Assembly: GCA_964385425.1 (NCBI GenBank)
Contig: CAYLOQ010000001.1
Coordinates: 86,602-150,601 of the forward strand
Source of the DNA: Candidatus Woesearchaeota archaeon
GTDB lineage: Archaea > Nanobdellota > Nanobdellia > Pacearchaeales > GW2011-AR1
Direction of reading: 5' to 3'
Length of the DNA stretch: 64,000 nt
Shown here: piece by piece, positions 10,361-20,112 of the stretch
Numbering within the stretch: the stretch's first letter is position 1
Layout: every line of letters begins with the position of its first letter
Notes under the pieces: generated by a model
What the model was told of the DNA's origin: nothing
The model's input: only the letters and a program-made list of their open reading frames with translations
The model's database searches: none
Made by a program: the position numbers and the translations under genes

Positions 10361-11012
10361 AAACTTCAAGACACTTTTTCTCTTACAATTTACAAAAGAA
10401 TTAATACAGAGTTCAGAAACATACAGAGAACTCAAGATAAAGGCAGAAGTTCACAGCGTAATTAAAGAAAAAGAATTAAAGGAGAAAGAAAAAGGAGAAT
10501 TAAAACCAAAAAGAGAAATAAGAGAAATAGTAAAGGAAAAGATAGAAGAAGATGAAAAAAAAGTAACTAGGATGGAAAAAGAAGGTATCCCAATTGAACT
10601 GGCGATCTTAAAGCGCCCTATAAGGAGAATTGAACATAAACCAAATATTTTGAAAATTCCTGAACCAGAACTTCCCCCGACAATCCGGAACATAAGACCA
10701 ATCCCAACGAGAAGAGAGATAAATCTAGGAAAACTCAATGTCCTAATAAGAGATCCATTGGTCAAAACCATGGAATGTAATGGGCCAAACGAAAAAATTG
10801 TGGTGAGTGGAACAATGGGAAGAAAAAATACAGGCATTACCCTAACAAAAGAAGAAATTGATGGTATAATAAGGAGATTCTCTGAAGAAACAAGAATACC
10901 AGTTGAAGAAGGAATTTTTAAGGTGTCTATTGGCAGCCTTATACTCTCAGCAATAGTCTCTGAGGTGATTGGCTCAAAATTCATAATTAATAAGATGGGT
11001 TATGGTTATTAA
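10341..11012 (+). CDS. Protein resembling the N-terminal domain of type II/IV secretion (FlaI/CpaF/VirB11) ATPases, no ATPase domain
   Basis: LGKLNVLIRDPLVKTMECNGPNEKIVV...TGITLTKEEIDGIIRRFS; no Walker A. Confidence 0.6.
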   Translation: MIKQTSKNFKTLFLLQFTKELIQSSETYRELKIKAEVHSVIKEKELKEKEKGELKPKREIREIVKEKIEEDEKKVTRMEKEGIPIELAILKRPIRRIEHKPNILKIPEPELPPTIRNIRPIPTRREINLGKLNVLIRDPLVKTMECNGPNEKIVVSGTMGRKNTGITLTKEEIDGIIRRFSEETRIPVEEGIFKVSIGSLILSAIVSEVIGSKFIINKMGYGY

Positions 11013-11013
11013 A

Positions 11014-11271
11014 ATGGGGGAAGACAATATTGAGGTTACTTTTACTCCTAATGAAAGATATGAACCACAGATCATGGGAAGAGGAAAGAGTGTTGAAGAA
11101 GCCCGTAGAGACGCAGAAGCAAGATTAGAAGAGTTATGCGTAGAAATGGGTTATGATCTGGTTTTCCTTGGAAGATTTGATTTAGATTTGTATCTGGAGA
11201 GCGATGGTGTTCATTATTGTAGGCGTGATGCTGCATTAATTAGAAATTTACCAGAAAATCAAACAGAATAA
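11014..11271 (+). CDS. Hypothetical protein
   Basis: ORF starting 1 nt after the upstream stop. Confidence 0.5.
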   Translation: MGEDNIEVTFTPNERYEPQIMGRGKSVEEARRDAEARLEELCVEMGYDLVFLGRFDLDLYLESDGVHYCRRDAALIRNLPENQTE

Positions 11272-12770
11272 TTTCCAAGGAATTCTTCAGCTTCTCCCTC
11301 AACTTCCTTTTGTTCTGAAATCCTCTTGGCTATATCCTTCAACCATTTTATCCTATCTCGTTCCATGAAAGATTCCAAGGTAGTTTTGTCGAGTTCTTCT
11401 TTATAAGAATGCTCTACCCAATAATCCCTTAACCCATATCTTATAATGATAAATCCGTTCTTTGTTTTTGCTTCTTTAACTTCTAGGGAAATACTCCCAA
11501 ATTCTGAAATTAATATAACCCTTTCTCTGTCAGTTAAATTCTCTGAAATTATTATGATTGTTAGGTTGGTTTCTATTTGAATTTCTTCTGGTTCAGGAAG
11601 TAATTCTACTTCTTCAGAGACAACCCCCACACTTTTTTCTTCAGGGATTGTTTCACTGGCAGAAACATCTCCTTCTCCTAACAGGGTTGTTAGAGAAACT
11701 ATCTCACTTTTACCATAGACCAATCTTAATTTTAGTTCTCCAGGCTCAAGAATTAAGTTTAATTTAGATAAATCTACAACAAGATCTTTCCCAGTTCCCC
11801 CTAAATATTCCTCTCCAAAACCCTTTTCTGATTCAAAATATCCTGTGGTCACGACAACCTCGTTACCTTCCACATTAATATCTATTTCACTATCAGACAA
11901 TTGTTCAAAATCTGTTCTCACGCTTCTCGGTTTAAGTTCTGCAGTCTCTCCTTCCTGCAATGTATAAGTAAAAACATTTCCTGCAGAAACAGATCCTTCT
12001 ACCTCACTTTCAAATTCTATGACAACATTTCCTGTTCCTGTTAATTTTCCAAAAAATTTTCCTATGACTCCTCCAGTTATGGGTGCTTCGCCTTCAGAAG
12101 GTTCTTCTTGTTCTGCTGGTTCTTCTATGATTTCCTCAAAAACATCAGATTCTTCAGCAACAATTTCTTCTGCTTCTTCGACCACTTCCTCAGGAGTTTC
12201 TTCTGTTACGTTTTCTTCTGTTTCAGATATCTCTTCGGGGTTCTGGGGAGTTTCTGGATCTGGTTTTTTCTGAGAGAAGATGCTCAATATAAAGTGTACT
12301 GTAGGGGATGTCTGTTTTTCTCCAGATATTCCATACCCTTCTCCTGTTCCAGAAACAGAAGATCCTTCGATATAAAAATCTCCTTCAACAGGATCATCTG
12401 AGATAACACTCTTTAAATCATATTCAAAAGTCTTATCTTTATTTTCAAAAACAATTTTAGATGATGCTGGTAAGAGTTCTCCTTCTTTCAGAGAAAGCCT
12501 TAATTTTCCCTCTAGTGGCTCTGCTTTTTGGTAATTTGCTTCTATATTTACTATGGCTCTCCCAGTTAAGGTTTCTCTAGGAAAAAAAGAAAAATAAACT
12601 AAAGCAACTACAATAAAAATTCCTAGAGCAATCCATAGAAATTTCTTATTCTTCGTTCCCTCTTCAGCACCACGATATTCCGATATGACCTTACCATCAA
12701 CTCTACGACTGTGATATATGTATGGCCCGTAAATCCTCCCTCCTTTTTTTATATATTTTTTATAAGCCAT
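11259..12770 (-). CDS. Membrane-anchored acidic surface protein with basic N-terminal YGPY motif
   Basis: MAYKKYIKKGGRIYGPYIYHSRRVDGKVISEYRG, one TM, Glu-rich remainder. Confidence 0.75.
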   Translation of the reverse strand: MAYKKYIKKGGRIYGPYIYHSRRVDGKVISEYRGAEEGTKNKKFLWIALGIFIVVALVYFSFFPRETLTGRAIVNIEANYQKAEPLEGKLRLSLKEGELLPASSKIVFENKDKTFEYDLKSVISDDPVEGDFYIEGSSVSGTGEGYGISGEKQTSPTVHFILSIFSQKKPDPETPQNPEEISETEENVTEETPEEVVEEAEEIVAEESDVFEEIIEEPAEQEEPSEGEAPITGGVIGKFFGKLTGTGNVVIEFESEVEGSVSAGNVFTYTLQEGETAELKPRSVRTDFEQLSDSEIDINVEGNEVVVTTGYFESEKGFGEEYLGGTGKDLVVDLSKLNLILEPGELKLRLVYGKSEIVSLTTLLGEGDVSASETIPEEKSVGVVSEEVELLPEPEEIQIETNLTIIIISENLTDRERVILISEFGSISLEVKEAKTKNGFIIIRYGLRDYWVEHSYKEELDKTTLESFMERDRIKWLKDIAKRISEQKEVEGEAEEFLGNYSV

Positions 12771-12834
12771 TCTGTAGGGTAACTCTTTTTATAACAAAAC
12801 TAAAGAAGATATTTAAAACTTTCTCAGAAAAATA

Positions 12835-13791
12835 TTAAACAGGTCCACAAGTATCTGTCTTCCAGACTTGATAACCATCTCCTACTGAAATTTGTGGGAC
12901 TGGGTCGCTCGGATCTAACCCTAATCTTATATAACTATAATCCCCCCCTGAACCAGAAGCAACTATGAAATCAAATATAAGTATACACCTAGATTCAACA
13001 CTACTAAAATTAACATAATGATTCTCAGTAACCCAATTAGGATCTGTTGTTGGGAGGTCAGGACTATCAAAAAATCTTTTGGATACAGAAGGCCATACAC
13101 TAAAGATTGTTCCTGTGTTTTGAGGAGGAAAATCAATGGTACAAATGTTTGAGTCGCAAAGACTTCCGGGAGAACAGGTTCCGCAACTAACACTGCCACA
13201 AGTTCCATTATCTGCTGTTCCGCATGTGAAAGATCCACAGATCCCTGAAAGTGTGGGGTCTGGTGCAGGAATACAGTCATCACCATTTCCGTTACCGTTA
13301 CCATTTCCATCCCCGTTACCATTTCCATTGCCGCCAACATTGACTGGAGGCTCGCTTGCAATTTCTTCTGTATCTGTTATATCTCCTATATTTTCTCCAG
13401 AACCAGAAGAATACAATGGAGCGACAGAAACATCGTCACCACCTCCAATGCCTGGAACCTCTGTAGAAATAAAGGTAAAAGTTCTCTCGTCTAATACTCC
13501 TAAAGCTATATCTCTATCTATGATTATGCTATCTGTTCCATTATAAAAAACAAATCTTACTCCTGTAACATCTCCTCCCCCCGGACTTCTTCTAACATCA
13601 ACCTTAATCTCTGTAGAATCTACATAAGCCCTCTTAATCCCAAAATCAAAAACAAATCTTCCAAGAGAGACGTCTTCAGCTCCCTCTGTAAACAGGTTTT
13701 TTATTACAACCCAGACGACCCCTACTGAAATAAAAACTAAAAGAATTATGAGAAGTGTTGTAATAACAGCAGACAAACCTCTTTTATCCAT
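12835..13791 (-). CDS. Archaeal pilin-like protein (class III signal peptide) with GN linker and Cys-rich domain
   Basis: MDKRG/LSAVITTLLIILLV prepilin-type N-terminus; GNGNGNGDGNG; Cys cluster. Confidence 0.8.
   Translation of the reverse strand: MDKRGLSAVITTLLIILLVFISVGVVWVVIKNLFTEGAEDVSLGRFVFDFGIKRAYVDSTEIKVDVRRSPGGGDVTGVRFVFYNGTDSIIIDRDIALGVLDERTFTFISTEVPGIGGGDDVSVAPLYSSGSGENIGDITDTEEIASEPPVNVGGNGNGNGDGNGNGNGNGDDCIPAPDPTLSGICGSFTCGTADNGTCGSVSCGTCSPGSLCDSNICTIDFPPQNTGTIFSVWPSVSKRFFDSPDLPTTDPNWVTENHYVNFSSVESRCILIFDFIVASGSGGDYSYIRLGLDPSDPVPQISVGDGYQVWKTDTCGPV
13282..13335. repeat. Low-complexity 6-nt-period repeat encoding a (Gly-Asn)n linker
   Basis: ccatttccgttaccgttaccatttccatccccgttaccatttccattgcc within the pilin-like gene. 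Confidence 0.7.
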
Positions 13792-13836
13792 AAGAAAATA
13801 TGATTTTATGATTTATAAAATTAACATAAAATAAAA

Positions 13837-14103
13837 CTATTGTGTGGGTTGCTGAGCTTGTTGTGCTTGTGGATTAAATGGTGCTAACAATAATGTCTGA
13901 TTTCCTACCTGTATTTGTACAAAACCTTGCTGCTGTACTTGGGAGATAATATTCGCAAAAACAAGGCCCTGAGCATCAATTTGTTTTTGAACCACATATC
14001 CGTTAAATGTCGGTTTTATCCAAAAAGAGAAAATAACTACTGCAACAAGGATAACAATGACTAGTACCAAAAATCCGATGAGTAATGCTGTTCTATTCGC
14101 CAT
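13837..14103 (-). CDS. Small membrane-anchored protein
   Basis: N-terminal TM, Gln-rich remainder. Confidence 0.7.
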   Translation of the reverse strand: MANRTALLIGFLVLVIVILVAVVIFSFWIKPTFNGYVVQKQIDAQGLVFANIISQVQQQGFVQIQVGNQTLLLAPFNPQAQQAQQPTQ

Positions 14104-14144
14104 ACAGAAATTAAATCAAACCCATTTAAAAAGTTTATGGCAAT

Positions 14145-14930
14145 CTAACTTATAGTTGTAATCTCAACCATTGTGATAACATCCTGCCAGGAAACATCTC
14201 CCTGAGCCCTCACATATACAGAAATAACATCTCCTGCCTCAAAAACAACGATGTCTTTCGACTGAACATCGTAGTCGCTCTTCACACCATGAGAACTTGT
14301 ATCGAAGGTGTTTCCAAATCCTATCGCTTCCCCATTCTTGTAAACTATAATCTCTATCTGTCCTACACTTGTCTGAATTACTTCTAAATTTGTGGAAACA
14401 GCAGTAATACTTCCGTCCCTCACCATAACATATCCTTTCTCCAGACTTCCCTCTACTCCTGTTGAGGTTTTCAAGAACCCTGATTCACTCTTGGCGCCGC
14501 TGAACCCGAAGTTAAGGAATTGTCTCTTATCGTGAGCAATGATTAAATCTCCTTGAGCCTTTAGTTCTTGAACAGAATAGGTTATTACATACACCTGGTC
14601 TTCTTCCCCATTTTCATCATAGGAAATTTCATATATAGCTAGATTAGTATCACCCACATTTTCTATATTCACTTCCTTGGGCAAAGATTCAAAATCAACT
14701 TCTCTTACAAGATTAATCTCTGAAGGGAGGACGCCCCTCTTCTTCACAAAATCCAGAATATATTCATGGACATCTCCTGAAATCCCTCCTGCAGAAGCTT
14801 TCTCAGCCACGTCCTGAACTTCTGCTATAAGTTCCGGAGAATCATCAATATCTTGTGCAGATATGAAAAACACACCAACACCAAATAATAAAAACAATAC
14901 AATCCCTAAACCGAAAAATATTTTTTTCAT
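14145..14930 (-). CDS. Secreted or membrane-anchored hypothetical protein
   Basis: Signal/TM N-terminus, beta-rich acidic C-terminal domain. Confidence 0.75.
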   Translation of the reverse strand: MKKIFFGLGIVLFLLFGVGVFFISAQDIDDSPELIAEVQDVAEKASAGGISGDVHEYILDFVKKRGVLPSEINLVREVDFESLPKEVNIENVGDTNLAIYEISYDENGEEDQVYVITYSVQELKAQGDLIIAHDKRQFLNFGFSGAKSESGFLKTSTGVEGSLEKGYVMVRDGSITAVSTNLEVIQTSVGQIEIIVYKNGEAIGFGNTFDTSSHGVKSDYDVQSKDIVVFEAGDVISVYVRAQGDVSWQDVITMVEITTIS

Positions 14931-15052
14931 TTCTCTTTATGCGAAGGATATCTTCACAAGCATTTCTTTTTTAATAAAAATACTAAAAGATTGTTATATT
15001 TAAATATTTCTCATTTCCGTATATTTAAAAATAGAAAAACTATTAAACGATC

Positions 15053-15334
15053 ATGCAAAACAAAATAACCAAACAAAAAATCCATAAATACGAAGAATTG
15101 ACCAACAAAGCACTGGATATTGCAAAAAGATCTATAATCAAGGGGGAAGAAAATCATGCCAGAGAAATAATTGAGATGGTTTCAAACTATCTTTCTGATT
15201 CAAAATATTTTGAAAAAACAGGAGATTTCGTAAATGCCTTTGCTGCACTAAACTATGCACATGGCTGGCTAGATTCAGGGGTGAGGCTCAATGTCTTCAA
15301 GGTAAAAGATGATAGGTTTTTTACTGTAAAGTAA
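15053..15334 (+). CDS. DUF357 family protein
   Basis: YLSDSKYF...GDFVNAFAALNYAHGWLDSG motif. Confidence 0.85.
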   Translation: MQNKITKQKIHKYEELTNKALDIAKRSIIKGEENHAREIIEMVSNYLSDSKYFEKTGDFVNAFAALNYAHGWLDSGVRLNVFKVKDDRFFTVK

Positions 15335-15417
15335 GGGGGTTGTTTTTAGTTATCTAATCTATTTTACCCCTTTTTCATAATTATAAAAATTTATAAAAAA
15401 ATAAAACATTATTTATT

Positions 15418-17046
15418 ATGCAACGTAAATATATTGTTCTAACAGGGGGTGTTCTTTCTGGTTTGGGTAAGGGTGTCGCCCTTGCAAGTATAGGGAAAAT
15501 CCTTTCTTCTTCATATAAGATTGTTCCGATAAAATGTGACGGTTATCTAAACGTTGATCCAGGTACAATGAACCCTATTGAGCATGGAGAGGTTTTTGTT
15601 TTGGATGATGGAACAGAGGTTGACATGGATTTTGGACATTACGAGAGATTTCTTGGTATAAATTGTAAAAGTGAGTGGAACCTAACAATGGGGAAAGTTT
15701 TTCATATGATTCACGAAAAAGAACGCAGAGGAGATTATTTAGGTAAAACAGTGCAAATGATTCCCCATGTTTCTAGATTCATAAAAGATTATTTTCTTGA
15801 CATTGGAAATGAAACAAATGCAGATGTTGTTCTTATTGAAATTGGAGGTACTGTCGGAGATATTGAAAATGAACTTTATATAGAGGCTGTGAAAAACCTT
15901 TCAAGGAGTGTAGGAAAGGAAAATATTTTGTTTGTGCATTTAACTTATGTTCCAGTTCCTGTTGGAGTTAATGAACAGAAATCAAAGCCTACTCAACAGA
16001 GTGTTTCTTTGTTAAGACAAAAAGGGATAGAGCCTCAAATTATTATCGCAAGATGCTCTGAGATGTTAACAAATGATTTTAAAAGAAAAATTACAAGGGA
16101 TTCGAATATTAATAAAGATGAGATCATAACAGGAATTGATGTGGATAATATCTACAAAATTCCCCTAATTTTTGAAAAGCAAGGTATGTCCAAACTATTG
16201 GAGAAAAAACTAAATATCCCAATTCATCCTGAACTTGGAGCCTGGAATGACTTAATTATTAAGAAAGAGGATGCGCAGGAAGAGATTATTATTGCAATAG
16301 CCGGAAAATACACAAAACTTGAGGATTCTTATGCGAGTGTAATTGAGGCTTTGCGTCACTGCGAGGCTCATTTGGATGTTAAAATTAGAATTAAATGGGT
16401 TGAAACAAGCAACCAAAAGATTATTGAAGAAACTCTTTCCGAGGTCCATGGAGTAATTGTTCCAGGGGGTTTTGGGACTAGGGGAGTTGAAGGAAAAATT
16501 TCTGTGATAAAGTATTGCCGGGAAAACAAGATACCTTTTCTTGGGATTTGTTATGGGTTACAGGTGGCTATAATTGAGTTTGCAAGAAATGTCTGTATGC
16601 TCTCTGAAGCACACACAACAGAAGTTGATCAAAACTGCAGATATCCTGTAGTAGATTTTATAGAAGGACAAGAAACAATAAATGAAAAAGGCGGTACGAT
16701 GAGGCTAGGTGGTTATCCGGCAGTTATAAAAGAAAAAAGCGTTGTCGAATCTCTTTATGACAGCAATGAAGTGTCTGAGAGACACAGACATCGTTATGAG
16801 GTTAACCCTAAATTTCACGATATTTTACAAAGTAAAGGGCTGATTATTTCGGGAACTTCTCCTGATAAAGTACTTGTCGAGTTTATTGAATTATCTTCCT
16901 TAAACCACCCCTACTTTGTTGCTACCCAGGCACACCCTGAACTTAAATCAAGGCTGGAAAAACCTGCACCGTTGTTTTACGGATTTGTTAAAGAAGCAAT
17001 TAATTTTTCCAAAAACCCCTTGTTGCAGATAGAAAAAAGGTTATAA
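15418..17046 (+). CDS. pyrG: CTP synthase
   Basis: TGGVLSGLGKG, NVDPGTM, EIGGTVGDIE, KSKPTQ, GICYG, ERHRHRYE, QAHPE. Confidence 0.98.
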   Translation: MQRKYIVLTGGVLSGLGKGVALASIGKILSSSYKIVPIKCDGYLNVDPGTMNPIEHGEVFVLDDGTEVDMDFGHYERFLGINCKSEWNLTMGKVFHMIHEKERRGDYLGKTVQMIPHVSRFIKDYFLDIGNETNADVVLIEIGGTVGDIENELYIEAVKNLSRSVGKENILFVHLTYVPVPVGVNEQKSKPTQQSVSLLRQKGIEPQIIIARCSEMLTNDFKRKITRDSNINKDEIITGIDVDNIYKIPLIFEKQGMSKLLEKKLNIPIHPELGAWNDLIIKKEDAQEEIIIAIAGKYTKLEDSYASVIEALRHCEAHLDVKIRIKWVETSNQKIIEETLSEVHGVIVPGGFGTRGVEGKISVIKYCRENKIPFLGICYGLQVAIIEFARNVCMLSEAHTTEVDQNCRYPVVDFIEGQETINEKGGTMRLGGYPAVIKEKSVVESLYDSNEVSERHRHRYEVNPKFHDILQSKGLIISGTSPDKVLVEFIELSSLNHPYFVATQAHPELKSRLEKPAPLFYGFVKEAINFSKNPLLQIEKRL

Positions 17047-17068
17047 ATGATTTCTACCTTAAAAGTTA

Positions 17069-17758
17069 ATGAAAAAAAACATAGTTGTCCTTAGCCTTGG
17101 CGGAAGCCTGATAATTCCTAACGAGGTAGATGTGAAATTTCTGAAAAAATTTAAAAAAGTGATTCTTAGAAATTCAAGGAAGTATAAATTTTTAATTGGG
17201 TGCGGGGGTGGAAGTATTGCGAGGAAATATATCTCTGCCTTAAGGAAAACGGGGAGGGGCGCAAAACACCAGAGTCTTGCGGGAATCGCGGCCACAAGGA
17301 TGAATGCAAGATTCATGAGTTATTTTTTCAACATTGACCCTGAACACGGAATCCCACATACAAAAGAGATGCTCATGAAATACATCAAAAAAAACGATAT
17401 TGTTTTTTTCGGAGCTCTTGAATACAAGCCGAAACAAACCTCTGATTCTACAGCTGTAGAGATTGCAAAGCATTTCAAAACAAAATTCATAAACCTCACA
17501 AATGTCAAGGGTCTTTATGACAAGGATCCAAGAAAAAACAAGGATGCAAAATTCATTTCTAAAATAAACTGGAAAGATTTTGATAAGATGGCAAACAAAT
17601 CAAAATATATACCAGGACAACACTTTGTTCTGGATCAGACAGCTTCAAAAGTCATAATGAAGCACAAAATCAAAACCCATATTCTTGGAAAAGACCTGAA
17701 ACAGCTCGAAAACGTCTTGAAAGGGGAAAAATTTCTAGGAACTGTTGTTAATGGATAA
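17069..17758 (+). CDS. pyrH: UMP kinase (archaeal type)
   Basis: VLSLGGS, GGGSIARKYI, TSDS, TNVKGLYDKDP, PGQHFVLD. Confidence 0.92.
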   Translation: MKKNIVVLSLGGSLIIPNEVDVKFLKKFKKVILRNSRKYKFLIGCGGGSIARKYISALRKTGRGAKHQSLAGIAATRMNARFMSYFFNIDPEHGIPHTKEMLMKYIKKNDIVFFGALEYKPKQTSDSTAVEIAKHFKTKFINLTNVKGLYDKDPRKNKDAKFISKINWKDFDKMANKSKYIPGQHFVLDQTASKVIMKHKIKTHILGKDLKQLENVLKGEKFLGTVVNG

Positions 17759-17800
17759 AGTTGATTTAAAGTTTATAAATACCAGTGTTCTCTTTAAAAA

Positions 17801-18253
17801 ATGGAAAAGTATATGTTCATTCAAGAAGGTAATTTTGAAAAATCTAGGAAAAAAATAAGAGAAAATTCAAAAAAAAGGATTATTTTTTCTAGTAAAGACG
17901 ATGAACTAAATAGAAAAATTCTAGAAAAAGAAAAAATAAATGTTTTGCTCTTAAACCAGAGCCAGAGAAGAGACAGGCCAAAACAGAGGGGCTCTGGGCT
18001 CAATCACGTGCTAGCAAAAATTGCGAAAAAGAAAGGGGTAGATATAGGAATAAATTTAGATGAGATTCTGCAGGCAAAGGGAAAAGAGAAATCAAACATT
18101 CTTGCCAGGATAAGACAAAATATAAAGCTGTGTAATAAGAATAAACTAAATATGAAACTGCTTTCTCCAGAGGAAAATAAAAGAAACGATTACGACTTAA
18201 AATCTTTAGGATTAGTCCTTGGTATGCCAACATGGATGACAAACTCACTATAA
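17801..18253 (+). CDS. RNase P subunit Rpp30-like protein (shortened)
   Basis: LNRKILE, SGLNHVLAKIAKK, GINL, RQNIKLC, LGLVLGM pattern. Confidence 0.7.
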   Translation: MEKYMFIQEGNFEKSRKKIRENSKKRIIFSSKDDELNRKILEKEKINVLLLNQSQRRDRPKQRGSGLNHVLAKIAKKKGVDIGINLDEILQAKGKEKSNILARIRQNIKLCNKNKLNMKLLSPEENKRNDYDLKSLGLVLGMPTWMTNSL

Positions 18254-18254
18254 A

Positions 18255-19781
18255 ATGGATATAAAGAAATTAATAGATTCATTAAGCCCTATTGAGAGAA
18301 AGATTCTCCCCCACATAGAAGAAGAGAGCTTGAGTGACATCTGCAAGAAGTCAAACTTGGACAAAATTAGTGCTGTAAGAGCGTTGGAGTATTTAAAAAA
18401 TAAAAAAATAATAAAGATATCTACTAAAAAAAAGAGAATAGTAGAGATAGGAACCAATGGAGCGCTCTACAAAAAAAAGGGCCTGCCAGAGAGAAGACTC
18501 TTAAATCTCTTGAATGAAAAAAGGATTCTTAAATTAGAAGATGCACAAGAGCAGAGCAGGTTGTCAGACGATGAATTTAAAGCTTCCCTGGGTGCATTGA
18601 AAAAAAAAGAACTTATAAATCTTAACAAAGGAAAAATAATTTTTAGTGCTAAAAAAGAAGAGATTTCTAAAAAGAGTTCTGAAGAATCCCTAATAGAGTC
18701 TCTTCCCCTAGAACATGATTCTCTCTCTAAAGAACAACTCCATGCCTTGAAATCTCTTCAGAGCAGAAGAGATATAGTACAAATAAAAGAAGAAAAAAAT
18801 ATAGAAATAGAAGTAACTGATTTAGGTAAAAAATTAATCAGGGGTGAGATAAAAGGACCAGGACTAATAGAACAAGTAACTCCTGAAACTCTAAGGAAAG
18901 ATTCTTCATGGAAAGGGAAAAAGTTCAGAAGATATGACATAACCCATCCTGTCCCAAGGATTAGTGGGGGGAAGAGACATTTTGTAAATCAGGCAGTTGA
19001 TTATGCGAGGGGGGTCTGGACAGACATGGGTTTTAAAGAAATGACTGGGAACCTTCTCGTAAGTTCTTTCTGGAACTTCGATGCGCTATTCACTGCACAA
19101 GATCATCCTGTTAGAGAGATGCAAGATACTTTTTTCATAGATAAAAAAATAGATCTACCAGAAAAAGCCTTAGTAAGAAGAGTAAAAGAGAGCCATGAAA
19201 TAGGTGTTGGAAAGGGGCATGAAAAAAGCAAGGGCTGGCAATATTCTTGGGATGAGGAAGAAGCGAAAAGACTAGTTATGAGAACACACACTACGTGTTT
19301 GTCTGCACAAACCCTAGCCAACCTAAAGAAAGAAAAAATGCCTGCTAAATTTTTCGCGATTGGTAAGTGTTTTAGAAACGAAACTGTTGATTGGAGTCAT
19401 AGTTTTGAATTCCATCAAACAGAGGGAATCGTCGTAGACAAGAATGTAAATTTTAGACACCTCCTAGGATACCTACAACAATTTTTCAAAAAAATGGGAT
19501 TTGAAAAAGTAAGATTCAGACCTGCTTATTTTTCATATACAGAACCCTCTGTAGAAATAGATGTATGGCACCCTGATAAAAAAGTCTGGTTGGAATTGGG
19601 TGGAGCTGGAATTTTCAGACCAGAGGTAACTATCCCTCTTCTTGGAGAAGCTATTCCTGTACTTGCATGGGGTCCTGGATTTGACAGGATATTGATGGAT
19701 TATTATAAAATAAAAGACCTCAGAGAGCTGTACAAAAACGACATTGCAGAACTAAGGAGAATGAAATTCTGGATAAAATAA
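18255..19781 (+). CDS. pheS: Phenylalanyl-tRNA synthetase alpha subunit
   Basis: GLPERRL, FWNFDALF..QDHPVREMQDTF, RTHTT, FRNETVD, FSYTEPS, GAGIFRPEV. Confidence 0.97.
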   Translation: MDIKKLIDSLSPIERKILPHIEEESLSDICKKSNLDKISAVRALEYLKNKKIIKISTKKKRIVEIGTNGALYKKKGLPERRLLNLLNEKRILKLEDAQEQSRLSDDEFKASLGALKKKELINLNKGKIIFSAKKEEISKKSSEESLIESLPLEHDSLSKEQLHALKSLQSRRDIVQIKEEKNIEIEVTDLGKKLIRGEIKGPGLIEQVTPETLRKDSSWKGKKFRRYDITHPVPRISGGKRHFVNQAVDYARGVWTDMGFKEMTGNLLVSSFWNFDALFTAQDHPVREMQDTFFIDKKIDLPEKALVRRVKESHEIGVGKGHEKSKGWQYSWDEEEAKRLVMRTHTTCLSAQTLANLKKEKMPAKFFAIGKCFRNETVDWSHSFEFHQTEGIVVDKNVNFRHLLGYLQQFFKKMGFEKVRFRPAYFSYTEPSVEIDVWHPDKKVWLELGGAGIFRPEVTIPLLGEAIPVLAWGPGFDRILMDYYKIKDLRELYKNDIAELRRMKFWIK

Positions 19782-19782
19782 G

Positions 19783-20109
19783 ATGGAAATAGAAGAAATA
19801 AACAAGTTCATAAATGAAGAAATAAAAAGATTGGAAGAATATCATTCTGAAAAAGATAAAGATGAATTAACAATGGCTATGGGATTTAAGGTCGTTGAAG
19901 AAATTGGAGAATTATTTGAAGAAATGTTAAAAAAGAAGGGCTATCAAAGAAAGGACAAACTAGAAAAGCAAAGTGAAGAGGAAATAAAAAAGGAATTTGC
20001 CGATGTAATATTCACGGTTTTAATCTTGGCAAAAAGATTTGATATAGATATAGAAGACGCTATAAAAATAAAAATGAGTGAAATAAAAAAGAGAAAATAC
20101 ACAAAATAA
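19783..20109 (+). CDS. MazG-like NTP pyrophosphohydrolase
   Basis: KVVEEIGEL...EFADV...LAKRFDID. Confidence 0.88.
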   Translation: MEIEEINKFINEEIKRLEEYHSEKDKDELTMAMGFKVVEEIGELFEEMLKKKGYQRKDKLEKQSEEEIKKEFADVIFTVLILAKRFDIDIEDAIKIKMSEIKKRKYTK

Positions 20110-20112
20110 AAA

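Noticed and set aside
13282..13335. Short tandem repeat as an array or VR
   Set aside because: Simply encodes a Gly-Asn linker.
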